This document shows positions 45,066-53,208 of a stretch of DNA of 64,000 nucleotides, piece after piece. The stretch covers positions 482 to 64,481 of the forward strand of contig JAICJH010000025.1 in NCBI GenBank assembly GCA_025928545.1, in the 5' to 3' direction. The notes under the pieces are model-generated. The model did not search any database, was not told the DNA's origin, and worked only from the letters and a program-made list of their open reading frames with translations. A program made the position numbers and the translations under genes. This DNA comes from Bryobacteraceae bacterium (lineage in GTDB: Bacteria; Acidobacteriota; Terriglobia; Bryobacterales; Bryobacteraceae). Each line of letters begins with the position of its first letter. Position 1 is the first letter of the stretch.

Positions 45066-45953
45066 CTATTTGATGATCGCGTGAATGCGCAGCCAGTTAG
45101 TCAGGAGCTTCGACCATTCCGAAAGAGCCGGATCTTCCATCGCCAGTCCGACGCCGTGAGGTCCTTTTTCGAAAATGTGCATTTCCGCCGGCACCGCGGC
45201 CTTCCGTAGCGCAAGGTAATAATAAGTCGCATTCTCTGCTGGAACCGTTGTGTCGGCGTTCGTCTGGAAAATAAACGTAGGCGGTGTTTCTTTGGTGACG
45301 GATTGTTCGCCGGAAAGCGACTTCGCCAGTTCGGGATCGGCATTCGGGCCGAGCAGCGCGTTCTTCGAGCCCATGTGGGTCCAGGGTTCCACCAGCGAAA
45401 TTACGGGATAGCCGAGCACGGAAAAGTCGGGACGGCTGCTGACGCGATCGATGGGATCGGCTGCGCTGGCTTGCCCCGCGTCGAAGTGAGTCGATGCGCT
45501 CATGGCGAGATGGCCGCCGGCGGAGAAGCCCAGGATACCGATACGATCAGGCGCGATGCGCCAGGCGGCAGCATTGGCCCGAAGCATCCGAAGCGCCCGC
45601 TGTGCATCGCCGAGTTCAACGGGATGGTGGTATTTCGGCCCGAGCCGGTACTTCAGAACGAAAGCCATGACGCCCTGCGAGTTCATGTAATTGGCGACCT
45701 GCCGCCCTTCATGATTCGCCGCAAGACCGGTGTATCCGCCGCCGGGGCAAATGATAATGGCGGACATCCCCGCCGGAGTCGTGCGCGGCAGATAGACCGT
45801 GATGGTGGGGATATCTTTATCGTCGGTGCCCTGAGCGCCCGGTGCGCCACCCGACCAGAGGGGAATGATCTGACCATCCTGAATTGGCATCGGAGTTGGT
45901 TGTGCAATGGCGGCTACGGCCGCGGTAAGCAAACAAAAGAGCAGTTTCTTCAT
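45066..45953 (-). CDS. Secreted alpha/beta hydrolase (esterase/lipase-like)
   Basis: Signal peptide MKKLLFCLLTAAVAAIAQ. Oxyanion hole ICPGGGY. Nucleophile elbow GFSAGGH. ATG 45953 is preferred. The ORF-track start would overlap xerC. Confidence 0.88.
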   Translation of the reverse strand: MKKLLFCLLTAAVAAIAQPTPMPIQDGQIIPLWSGGAPGAQGTDDKDIPTITVYLPRTTPAGMSAIIICPGGGYTGLAANHEGRQVANYMNSQGVMAFVLKYRLGPKYHHPVELGDAQRALRMLRANAAAWRIAPDRIGILGFSAGGHLAMSASTHFDAGQASAADPIDRVSSRPDFSVLGYPVISLVEPWTHMGSKNALLGPNADPELAKSLSGEQSVTKETPPTFIFQTNADTTVPAENATYYYLALRKAAVPAEMHIFEKGPHGVGLAMEDPALSEWSKLLTNWLRIHAIIK

Positions 45954-46029
45954 TGGATATCGGTGTTCCCTTGAATATTCGGTGTTGCCGATCATATCAA
46001 GTCGCATATGATCGCCCGATCCGCGGAGG

Positions 46030-46932
46030 CTACTCCTTCGCCCTGGGGTGTGCGCTGTCGTAAACACGCATCAGATCCGTCAGTGACACCCGCGTATACT
46101 TCTGAGTCGTCGAAAGCCTGGCATGGCCAAGCAGTTCCTGGATCGATCTCAAATCCGCGCCATCGCTGAGAAGATGAGTTGCGAACGCGTGGCGCAGAGT
46201 GTGTGGATGAATCGAAGAATCTCCCGCGACATACGCGGCATAGAACCGGACGATGTTCCGTCCCCCGCGATCGGTGATACGCTTGCCCCGGTAATTCAGG
46301 AACAGCGCGCGCGAATCGTCTGTCGGGGTTCGCTCCGCCAGATATGCCGAGAGGGCTTCCGCCGCTTTGGAGCCGAAAGGAACCTGCCGTTCCTTTTTCC
46401 CCTTGCCACGCACGCGCATCCAGCGCTCGGTCTGATCTATGTCGTCGAGATTCAGTCCCACAGCCTCACTGATGCGCAGCCCGCAACCGTAAAGGATCTC
46501 GAAGAGCAGCCGATCCCGTTTTGGATACGGCCGATCCAGATCATTCAGCAGAATGCCATCCACCAGTGCGTTTGTCGTTTCGGCGTTGGGCACCTCGGGA
46601 AGTGTTTTCGGCATTTTGGGCAGGCGCAGCAGGCGGGCAGGATCCGCGGAAATGCGGCGCTCGCGCGAAAGGAAACGGAACAAGCCGCGCAGCGATGCCA
46701 TTTTGCGGCGTATCGTCGCCGGCTTTTGTTCCCGCTCGTAAAGATGCGCCAGCCATTCCCGCAGCATCAGCAAATCGAATTCGGCGGGCGCGGGAGGCTC
46801 GCCCTCGTCGGGCGAAAAATAGGCAGTGAACTCCTCCAGGTCCGCCCGGTAATTGCGCAGCGTGTGCGGCGACTCGTTGCGGCGCCCGAGCGACTCCAGG
46901 TAATCCTCAACAGCACTACGAATTTGCGACAT
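46030..46932 (-). CDS. xerC: Tyrosine recombinase XerC/XerD family (chromosome dimer resolution)
   Basis: SPHTLRNYRADLEEF N-terminal SAM-like domain. The catalytic residues are R..HxxR..Y (HPHTLRHAFATHLL ... LGHARLSTTQKYT). ATG 46932 overlaps the trmFO end by 17 nt. Confidence 0.9.
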   Translation of the reverse strand: MSQIRSAVEDYLESLGRRNESPHTLRNYRADLEEFTAYFSPDEGEPPAPAEFDLLMLREWLAHLYEREQKPATIRRKMASLRGLFRFLSRERRISADPARLLRLPKMPKTLPEVPNAETTNALVDGILLNDLDRPYPKRDRLLFEILYGCGLRISEAVGLNLDDIDQTERWMRVRGKGKKERQVPFGSKAAEALSAYLAERTPTDDSRALFLNYRGKRITDRGGRNIVRFYAAYVAGDSSIHPHTLRHAFATHLLSDGADLRSIQELLGHARLSTTQKYTRVSLTDLMRVYDSAHPRAKE

Positions 46933-48268
46933 ACTCCCCGGCCTGCCATTCCGTGAACTTCGTGGCCGCGATTTCGCAGACTGCGATCTGCCGCTCCCGC
47001 CTGTCGCGCGACGGGTTTTCGAGAGGCGGAAACAAGTCGAACGCAATGTTGGCTGGCTGGTAATGTTTGGGGTCGGCGTGGGAGATGTAGTGGAGGAGCG
47101 AACCGATCGCAGTCTCTCGCGGAAAGGCGCGCAGCTGTTCTCCTTTCATTTGCGCGGCAGCCATGATACCCGCCGCCAGGCCGGTCGCAATCGATTCCAC
47201 ATACCCTTCCACACCCGAAATCTGGCCCGCGAAAAACACCTTCGGATTCTCGCGCAGTTGCAGAGTATCGTTCAACAGCGCCGGCGCATTGATGTAGGTG
47301 TTGCGGTGGATTTGTCCATATCGCAGGAATTCGGCATGTTCCAGGCCGGGAATCAGCCGCATGATGCGCTTTTGTTCCGCGAAACGCAGATGGTTCTGGA
47401 AGCCCACCAGGTTATAGCTGTCGGCACGCAGGTTCTCCTGGCGCAATTGAACTGCCGCCCACGGCCGTCGACCCGTTCGCGGATCGGTCAGTCCCATCGG
47501 CTTCATGGGCCCGAAGCGCAGCGTGTCGCGCCCGCGGCGGGCGATCTCTTCGATCGGGAGACAGGCTTCGAAATAAGGGACATCGTCGGGTATGTGCGAT
47601 TCCACCGCCTGTGCGGCAGTCAATTCATCCACGAAGCGTTCGTATTCGGCCTTATTGAACGGGCAATTCAGGTAGTCCCCGGTACCATCGAGCGATTTGT
47701 CGTAGCGCGAGGCCGAGAAGGCAATCGAGCGATCAATCGTGTGAGCATCCACAATCGGACTGATGCTGTCGTAAAAGAAAAGCCGTGCTGAGCCTGTCAA
47801 CTGCCCGATCTTGCCTGCCAGACTATGGCTGGTCAGCGGGCCGGTGGCGATAATCGTGGTGCGGGCCGCGTCGATGTCCGTTATTTCCTCACGCCGGATC
47901 TCGATTCGGGGATGCGATTCGATCGCCGCAGTCACACCCTCGGCAAACACATCGCGATCCACGGTCAACGCCTGACCACCGGGAACGCGGGCTCGTGCGG
48001 CAACACGCAGTAGCAGAGAATCGAGGCGGCGGAGTTCTTCCTTCAGCAGCCAGGATGCGGAGGGGTGCTGATCGCTCTTTAGTGAATTGCTGCAGACGAG
48101 TTCGGCAAGGCGATCGGTCTGGTGGGCATCCGTGGTTCGAACCGGGCGCATCTCGTACAGCACCACGTCAATGCCGCGTTCGGCAAGTTGCCATGCCGCT
48201 TCGCTGCCCGCGAGGCCGCCTCCGGCAATGAGGACGCCTGCGGAACGCGAATAAGCCCCTGGATGCAA
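46916..48268 (-). CDS. trmFO: Methylenetetrahydrofolate--tRNA-(uracil54-C5)-methyltransferase TrmFO
   Basis: VLIAGGGLAGSEAAWQLAERG FAD fold, LVCSNSLK. TTG start. Confidence 0.95.
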   Translation of the reverse strand: MHPGAYSRSAGVLIAGGGLAGSEAAWQLAERGIDVVLYEMRPVRTTDAHQTDRLAELVCSNSLKSDQHPSASWLLKEELRRLDSLLLRVAARARVPGGQALTVDRDVFAEGVTAAIESHPRIEIRREEITDIDAARTTIIATGPLTSHSLAGKIGQLTGSARLFFYDSISPIVDAHTIDRSIAFSASRYDKSLDGTGDYLNCPFNKAEYERFVDELTAAQAVESHIPDDVPYFEACLPIEEIARRGRDTLRFGPMKPMGLTDPRTGRRPWAAVQLRQENLRADSYNLVGFQNHLRFAEQKRIMRLIPGLEHAEFLRYGQIHRNTYINAPALLNDTLQLRENPKVFFAGQISGVEGYVESIATGLAAGIMAAAQMKGEQLRAFPRETAIGSLLHYISHADPKHYQPANIAFDLFPPLENPSRDRRERQIAVCEIAATKFTEWQAGEYVANS

Positions 48269-48305
48269 ATTCCATTCTAAGGGCGAGACGCAAATGCGCT
48301 CGCGC

Positions 48306-49160
48306 TTAGTTCCGTGCTCCCGGTTTGATCTTCGGTCCCGGCGGTCCGCTGATCAGCTTATAAATCTCGCGCTTGGAAAGCCCGCGTTCCCTGGCTACGG
48401 TCTTCATCGCTTCCATGCGATCCACTCCGGCTCCGATCAACGCGTCGATCATGACTTCAATCGGGACTTCGGCGGCTGCCGGTTCCAGAGCCTTGCCGAT
48501 CAGCACGACGAATTCTCCGCGAATCAGGTCGCGTGAGGCCAGCGAGGCACTGATTTCCGCCGCCGTCCCCCGCAGCACTTCCTCGTAGAGTTTCGTCAGT
48601 TCTCTGGCGACAACGATGTTGCGTTTGCCCAATATCGCGCCGATATCTTCCAGCGTCTCCAGAATTCGATGCGGCGCTTCATAAAAGATCAGCGTCGCCG
48701 TCTCATCGGCCAGAGATTCGAGCAGGTGTCTGCGTTGTCCCTGCTTTGCCGGAAGAAAACCCGCGAAGTGGAACTGGTCGGTTGGCAGGCCGGATACCAC
48801 CAGAGCCGCCAGCAGCGCCGAAGGACCAGGCACCGGCTCGATGCGAATGCCGGCTTCGGCGGCCGCATGCACCACCCGATAACCTGGATCGGACAGCAGC
48901 GGCGTCCCGGCGTCGGACACCAGCGCGCCGTTTTCACCCTGTTCGATGCGGGCGATCAGTTCGGCGGCCCGTTCCGTCTCGTTGTGTTCGTGGTAGCTGA
49001 TGGCGCGGGTCGCAATGCCGTAGTAATCCAGCAGCCGCCGCGTTGTTCGGGTATCCTCACACGCAATCCAGTCGGCTTCCTTCAGAATGCGGACGGCCCG
49101 GTAGGTGATGTCTTCCAGATTTCCGATTGGAGTAGAAACCACATAGAGGCGGCCGGACAT
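48306..49160 (-). CDS. rsmI: 16S rRNA (cytidine1402-2'-O)-methyltransferase RsmI
   Basis: LYVVSTPIGNLEDITYRAVRILKEADWIACEDTRTT (tetrapyrrole-methylase fold). Confidence 0.95.
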   Translation of the reverse strand: MSGRLYVVSTPIGNLEDITYRAVRILKEADWIACEDTRTTRRLLDYYGIATRAISYHEHNETERAAELIARIEQGENGALVSDAGTPLLSDPGYRVVHAAAEAGIRIEPVPGPSALLAALVVSGLPTDQFHFAGFLPAKQGQRRHLLESLADETATLIFYEAPHRILETLEDIGAILGKRNIVVARELTKLYEEVLRGTAAEISASLASRDLIRGEFVVLIGKALEPAAAEVPIEVMIDALIGAGVDRMEAMKTVARERGLSKREIYKLISGPPGPKIKPGARN

Positions 49161-49243
49161 ACCCCGAGTATAGTGATCCGGTCAGCGCGGCACGTGGTGC
49201 ATGCGAGACGTGGTTCCATGCGGCGCGCGCGGCATCCTGCCAA

Positions 49244-49930
49244 TCAAGTCAGGGGAGCCGGGCTGACCATTGCCGCCCCGCGCGCGGCAGGAGACAGCCG
49301 CGGTGTCACTGTCGTAGCCGGACGAGCGGGCGACGCCGGCATCTGTTCGAGCGCGCCGCAACGCGCCAGCTCAAAGCGGTTGCGCACATCGAGCTTATGA
49401 AACAAGCGAAACAAGTAGATCTTGACGGTGCCTTCCGTGATCCCCATCTCGACCGCAATCTGCTTATTGCGCAAACCCTGGCGCAAAAGCGTCACTATTT
49501 CCCGTTCGCGCGGAGTCAGCGAGACGCGGCGCCGCGCCGGTGCGGACTCGCGCGTGGCCGCGAAGCCAATCTGCATCTCGCCCCCCGCCACCCGCCTTAA
49601 AGAATCGGCCAGGTGTTCGGCGGACGAAGAACGCTCCACAATCCCACGCACCCCGAATTCCAGCGCGCGGAAAACAGTGTCGAGTGGCATGGATTCTGCC
49701 CAAAGCACCACCGGGCAGCCAGGCAACCGGCCACTGACCTCCGTGAGATCCCCGAAGTTGAGCCCCGCCGTGAGATCCATCAGCACCAGGTCGGGCCGTG
49801 CGGCGGAATGCGTATCGCCCGGCAAAGCCGAGGTATCGCTGACAGCCACATCAAAACCCCGACTTCCGAGTACTTCCTGAAATCCACCCAGCAGGACTGG
49901 CTGATCGCTGACTAAAAGAACTTTTGACAC
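49244..49930 (-). CDS. LuxR/NarL-type response regulator (receiver + HTH) with a Pro/Ala-rich C-terminal tail
   Basis: Receiver with DLVLMDL. LuxR HTH LTPREREIVTLLRQGLRNKQIAVEMGITEGTVKIYLFRLFHKL. GTG 49930 after GGAGG. Confidence 0.88.
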   Translation of the reverse strand: MSKVLLVSDQPVLLGGFQEVLGSRGFDVAVSDTSALPGDTHSAARPDLVLMDLTAGLNFGDLTEVSGRLPGCPVVLWAESMPLDTVFRALEFGVRGIVERSSSAEHLADSLRRVAGGEMQIGFAATRESAPARRRVSLTPREREIVTLLRQGLRNKQIAVEMGITEGTVKIYLFRLFHKLDVRNRFELARCGALEQMPASPARPATTVTPRLSPAARGAAMVSPAPLT

Positions 49931-50039
49931 GTAATGCCTCCGGTATAAATGCGGCTATCCAAATAAATCTCTGGTGGACCGGCGACTCACGCAAACAAGA
50001 ACGTGGTCTGGCAGAACATCGCACAGACCCAGGCTAATG

Positions 50040-50987
50040 TCAGACGTCTGAAGCCGATCCGCCCGCCGCCGCACCCGGCCGGGATAAATTGCTCTTTGCC
50101 GCTTCTGTTGAGCGGCTTGGTGTCGTCTTGCCGTCTGCCGGGGCAGCGGATTGTTGCTTTGTTGCCGGCGCCGGAGTTCGGCGCGTTCGAAATTCGTACT
50201 TCTCAATCGTCATCGCCGCAACGCCTTTGATGTTGCGCACAATGCGGCCTTCGGCGACCAGTTTCAGCGGGATCTGGTTTTCCAGACGCGCCGGCCAATC
50301 CACCGATACCTGTATCAACTGCCCCGGTTCCAGATTTTCATCGGCCCGGAACAAGACACCCTTGCTGCTGATGTTCAGCGTCTCACTGGAGCCCTGGCCG
50401 GAAATAAACGGCTTCTCCAGCGTCTGATAGCTCACCGAGAGATGGCAATCGAACCTTGCGTTCGTGCGCCGCTCCGCCTCTTTACCCGCCGCCGCCTGAG
50501 CTTCGCCCCGCTTCAGCGCGCCAAGCACAGATCTGCGGAAATTCGCCGGGTCAAGATCCTCATAGCAGAAGAAATCGTGCGCGCCTTTGCGAACCGCTGT
50601 GACCGCGGTGTCGCGATCCTCGGCGCTGCACAGAAGAATAACCGGAACGGCAGGCGCATGCTGCTGCAAGTGCCGCAGCGTTGCCAGGCCCTGGCCGTCC
50701 GGCAGGTAAAGCTCGGACAGCACCAGATCGAACGACTTGTCCTGGAGTGAGCGCAAGCCATCGAACAATGCGTCCACCCGGGTGCAGTCGACCTTGATCG
50801 TTTGGTCGTCATGCAAAAGTTGTTCCAGCTTATCGGCTCTGGCAGCATCGGCGCTGATAAACAATACGGAGTATTCGGTCATTGTACGAGACTTCATACC
50901 AGCATAACCCCGTGGGCGCGCTCCTGGCGATGCCAGTTTTGCGGCATTTCGGATCATGCTGCCGGCCTGGGTCGACGGACCGCTCAC
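50040..50987 (-). CDS. Receiver (Glu at the phospho-acceptor position) + PilZ domain protein
   Basis: REC: DLVLSELYLPDGQG aligns with CheY ..VISDWNMPNMDG, giving Asp to Glu. PilZ: RRTNARFDCHL ... LNISSKGVLF (RxxxR ... [DN]xSxxG). GTG 50987 overlaps the upstream stop (GTGA) and sits 5 nt after AAGGAGG. Confidence 0.85.
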   Translation of the reverse strand: MSGPSTQAGSMIRNAAKLASPGARPRGYAGMKSRTMTEYSVLFISADAARADKLEQLLHDDQTIKVDCTRVDALFDGLRSLQDKSFDLVLSELYLPDGQGLATLRHLQQHAPAVPVILLCSAEDRDTAVTAVRKGAHDFFCYEDLDPANFRRSVLGALKRGEAQAAAGKEAERRTNARFDCHLSVSYQTLEKPFISGQGSSETLNISSKGVLFRADENLEPGQLIQVSVDWPARLENQIPLKLVAEGRIVRNIKGVAAMTIEKYEFRTRRTPAPATKQQSAAPADGKTTPSRSTEAAKSNLSRPGAAAGGSASDV

Positions 50988-52222
50988 GCTGCCCTCCTTG
51001 TCGGCCCGGCGCTCTCGTCTTTCATAAGGCGGTCTGCCAGCTTTACAATTGCTTTTCCAAACGCCGATTCGGCGGCGAAATTCAGGTGATCTTTTTGTCC
51101 GCCGGATAATAAACCGGTGCGATCCGTCGGAATTACCGCAAAGATCCGCATTTCGAACATCTGTTCAATGCTCTCGATCCAGAAATCTCTCGGTGTGTTG
51201 TCGCTCATATTGAGAATGAGGCGAAGCCGCCCTCTGTCGAAACCACGGCCGGTGAGTGTCTGGAGAATGTAACGCGTCTGGTAAAGCGCCAGCACGTCCG
51301 GCGCGGCCACCACCATCAGATCGTCCACATGCTGCAGAAACGACCACGTGCCCGGATTCAGGTGGCGTCCAAGGTCGAGCAACACCAGGTGATAACTGCG
51401 CGTCAGGTGACGAAACAGGCTTTCGATTCTCCAGGGTTCCGGCAGATTCGGAATGCCGGCTTCCGGGCCGGCCATAATATCGACCGACGGCGTGAGTGGA
51501 ATAAAAAATTCGGACCAGTTGGACGAACTGAGCTTACGGACAGATTCGAAAGTCTCGCCCGCCCGGCGTCCGGGTTTCAAATGACAAATTCGATGCACGG
51601 CGGGCGATTGGTAATCCATGTCCGCGACCAGAATCCTCTTGGTGGGATCGGCATGGCTGAGCGCCAGCGCGACATGGCAAGCCAACGTAGTGGCGCCGCA
51701 CCCCCCTTTGGCCGAGACAATGCCGATGATTCGGCCCTGTGATGTCTCCGAGTGTCGCGCGGATTGCAGTCGCGCTCCCACACGTTCCAGAACGCCGAAG
51801 ATGGACGGGCTCATGGGCATACTCAGGAATTCGGCGGCGCCCGCGCGGAGCGCGCCAATCATGTGTTCCGGATCCGCGGTCGTGTGGACGGCCGCCACCA
51901 GCGGCACTCCGGCCCGCTGCACGGAACTCATCCACTCCCTGGCCTGCAAGGTGGTTGCGCCCAACTCAACGAAAAGGAGATCGGGACGGTCGCGCTCAAT
52001 CAACGCCAGTATGTCGCTGGGAGGCGCCGACGCCTGAATCTGAAAAACGCAAGCGGCCCGGACTTCGCCCAGAGCGGCAGCGATTTCAGCCGACATATCC
52101 GGATCCTGCACCACGAGCCCCGCGCGCCACGGCCACGTGGCCTGGCGGGAAGTTTCGAAGCGGCTGGTGTCTAATGGCATGTTCAGCGTGTCGACTTCTT
52201 GATTCCACCGAGTCCGTGCCAT
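50984..52222 (-). CDS. TadZ/CpaE-like ParA/MinD-family ATPase with an atypical receiver domain
   Basis: CpaE-type deviant Walker A IVSAKGGCGATTLA (no GKT lysine). N-terminal pseudo-receiver (DLLFVELGAT). ATG 52222 after GAGGAA. Confidence 0.8.
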   Translation of the reverse strand: MARTRWNQEVDTLNMPLDTSRFETSRQATWPWRAGLVVQDPDMSAEIAAALGEVRAACVFQIQASAPPSDILALIERDRPDLLFVELGATTLQAREWMSSVQRAGVPLVAAVHTTADPEHMIGALRAGAAEFLSMPMSPSIFGVLERVGARLQSARHSETSQGRIIGIVSAKGGCGATTLACHVALALSHADPTKRILVADMDYQSPAVHRICHLKPGRRAGETFESVRKLSSSNWSEFFIPLTPSVDIMAGPEAGIPNLPEPWRIESLFRHLTRSYHLVLLDLGRHLNPGTWSFLQHVDDLMVVAAPDVLALYQTRYILQTLTGRGFDRGRLRLILNMSDNTPRDFWIESIEQMFEMRIFAVIPTDRTGLLSGGQKDHLNFAAESAFGKAIVKLADRLMKDESAGPTRRAA

Positions 52223-52376
52223 TGCTTCCTCGCGGTCGCGGCCTGGCAGGCGAAATGTAAGAGCGAAGGCAACTAGACCAGTAGTACCATCAACTCGCTT
52301 CGTGGAACAGACTGTCTTTGGGCTATATAACTAACGGCAACTGCCGCGCCCTGATCGGCTTACGAAGTTCCGCTGC

Positions 52377-52796
52377 CTATTGAACTGTGGCGTTTGTTAC
52401 GTTAGCGGGGGCCATGATTTCGCTCCAGGAATCGAGGAGCGGCCGGTCGCCTTCGAGAAAGTCATATTCGCGCAGCTTTTCGGGCGTCTCCCAGACGATT
52501 GATTCGAAAATCTGGTTGGCAATCTCCCCACGCCAGTCCGCCACCCGGAAGAACACAAGCAGGATCGCAGCCTTTCCGGGGTAGCTATATTCATAGCGCG
52601 TGATTTCAATGGCTGCGCCCGAATCGATGCCAAGTTCCTCCCGAAGCTCCCGTGCAAGCGCTTCGGCGGGAGTTTCGCCAGCCTCAACTTTGCCCCCCGG
52701 GAACTCCCATTTCAGAGCGTGAGGCTGGTCGGCGCGCCGCTGGCAAATCAGGATGGTTCCATCGCGCTCGAGTATCCCTGCTACCACTGTTGTCAT
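52377..52796 (-). CDS. NUDIX hydrolase, MutT-like (8-oxo-dGTP/(d)CTP diphosphatase type)
   Basis: Nudix box WEFPGGKVEAGETPAEALARELREELGI. Confidence 0.9.
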   Translation of the reverse strand: MTTVVAGILERDGTILICQRRADQPHALKWEFPGGKVEAGETPAEALARELREELGIDSGAAIEITRYEYSYPGKAAILLVFFRVADWRGEIANQIFESIVWETPEKLREYDFLEGDRPLLDSWSEIMAPANVTNATVQ

Positions 52797-52843
52797 AGAT
52801 TGGTCGCCATTTTGCGGTACACCGGCTCGATGACAGTTTACAC

Positions 52844-53206
52844 TTGTGTTTTACCTTGAGTCCCGAACTGATTGACCACTTTCGCAATCCCCGCAACGTC
52901 GGTGAATTAGCCGCGCCGGCCGTCACGGTGGAAGTCTCGAATCCGGTTTGCGGGGACATCCTGCGTTTCTCCGTGCGTATGGACTCCGGACGGGTGGCCG
53001 AAACCGGCTACAAAGTTCGCGGCTGCGCGGCCTCCATTGCCGCCGGCTCCGCTCTGACCGTCCTCGCCGCAGGCAGGGACCGCGCCGGTCTCGGGGAGAT
53101 TACCCGTGAAACCGTGGAAGCTGCCGTCGGCGGCCTGTCAAATGAATCCAAACATGCGGCGGCGTTGTGCGTGGACGCTGTACGTGCCATCCTGAAGTTG
53201 TGCTGA
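52844..53206 (+). CDS. Fe-S cluster assembly scaffold, IscU/NifU N-terminal-domain-like
   Basis: HFRNPRNVGEL ... NPVCGD ... RGCAASIA ... HAAALCVDA (three Cys ligands). TTG start is uncertain. Confidence 0.85.
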   Translation: MCFTLSPELIDHFRNPRNVGELAAPAVTVEVSNPVCGDILRFSVRMDSGRVAETGYKVRGCAASIAAGSALTVLAAGRDRAGLGEITRETVEAAVGGLSNESKHAAALCVDAVRAILKLC

Positions 53207-53208
53207 GA

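Noticed and set aside
46030-46932. Tyrosine recombinase as a marker of an integrated mobile element
   Set aside because: It overlaps trmFO in the conserved housekeeping trmFO(gid)-xerC(codV) arrangement. There are no flanking tRNA, att-like direct repeats, phage or transposon genes, or compositional break.
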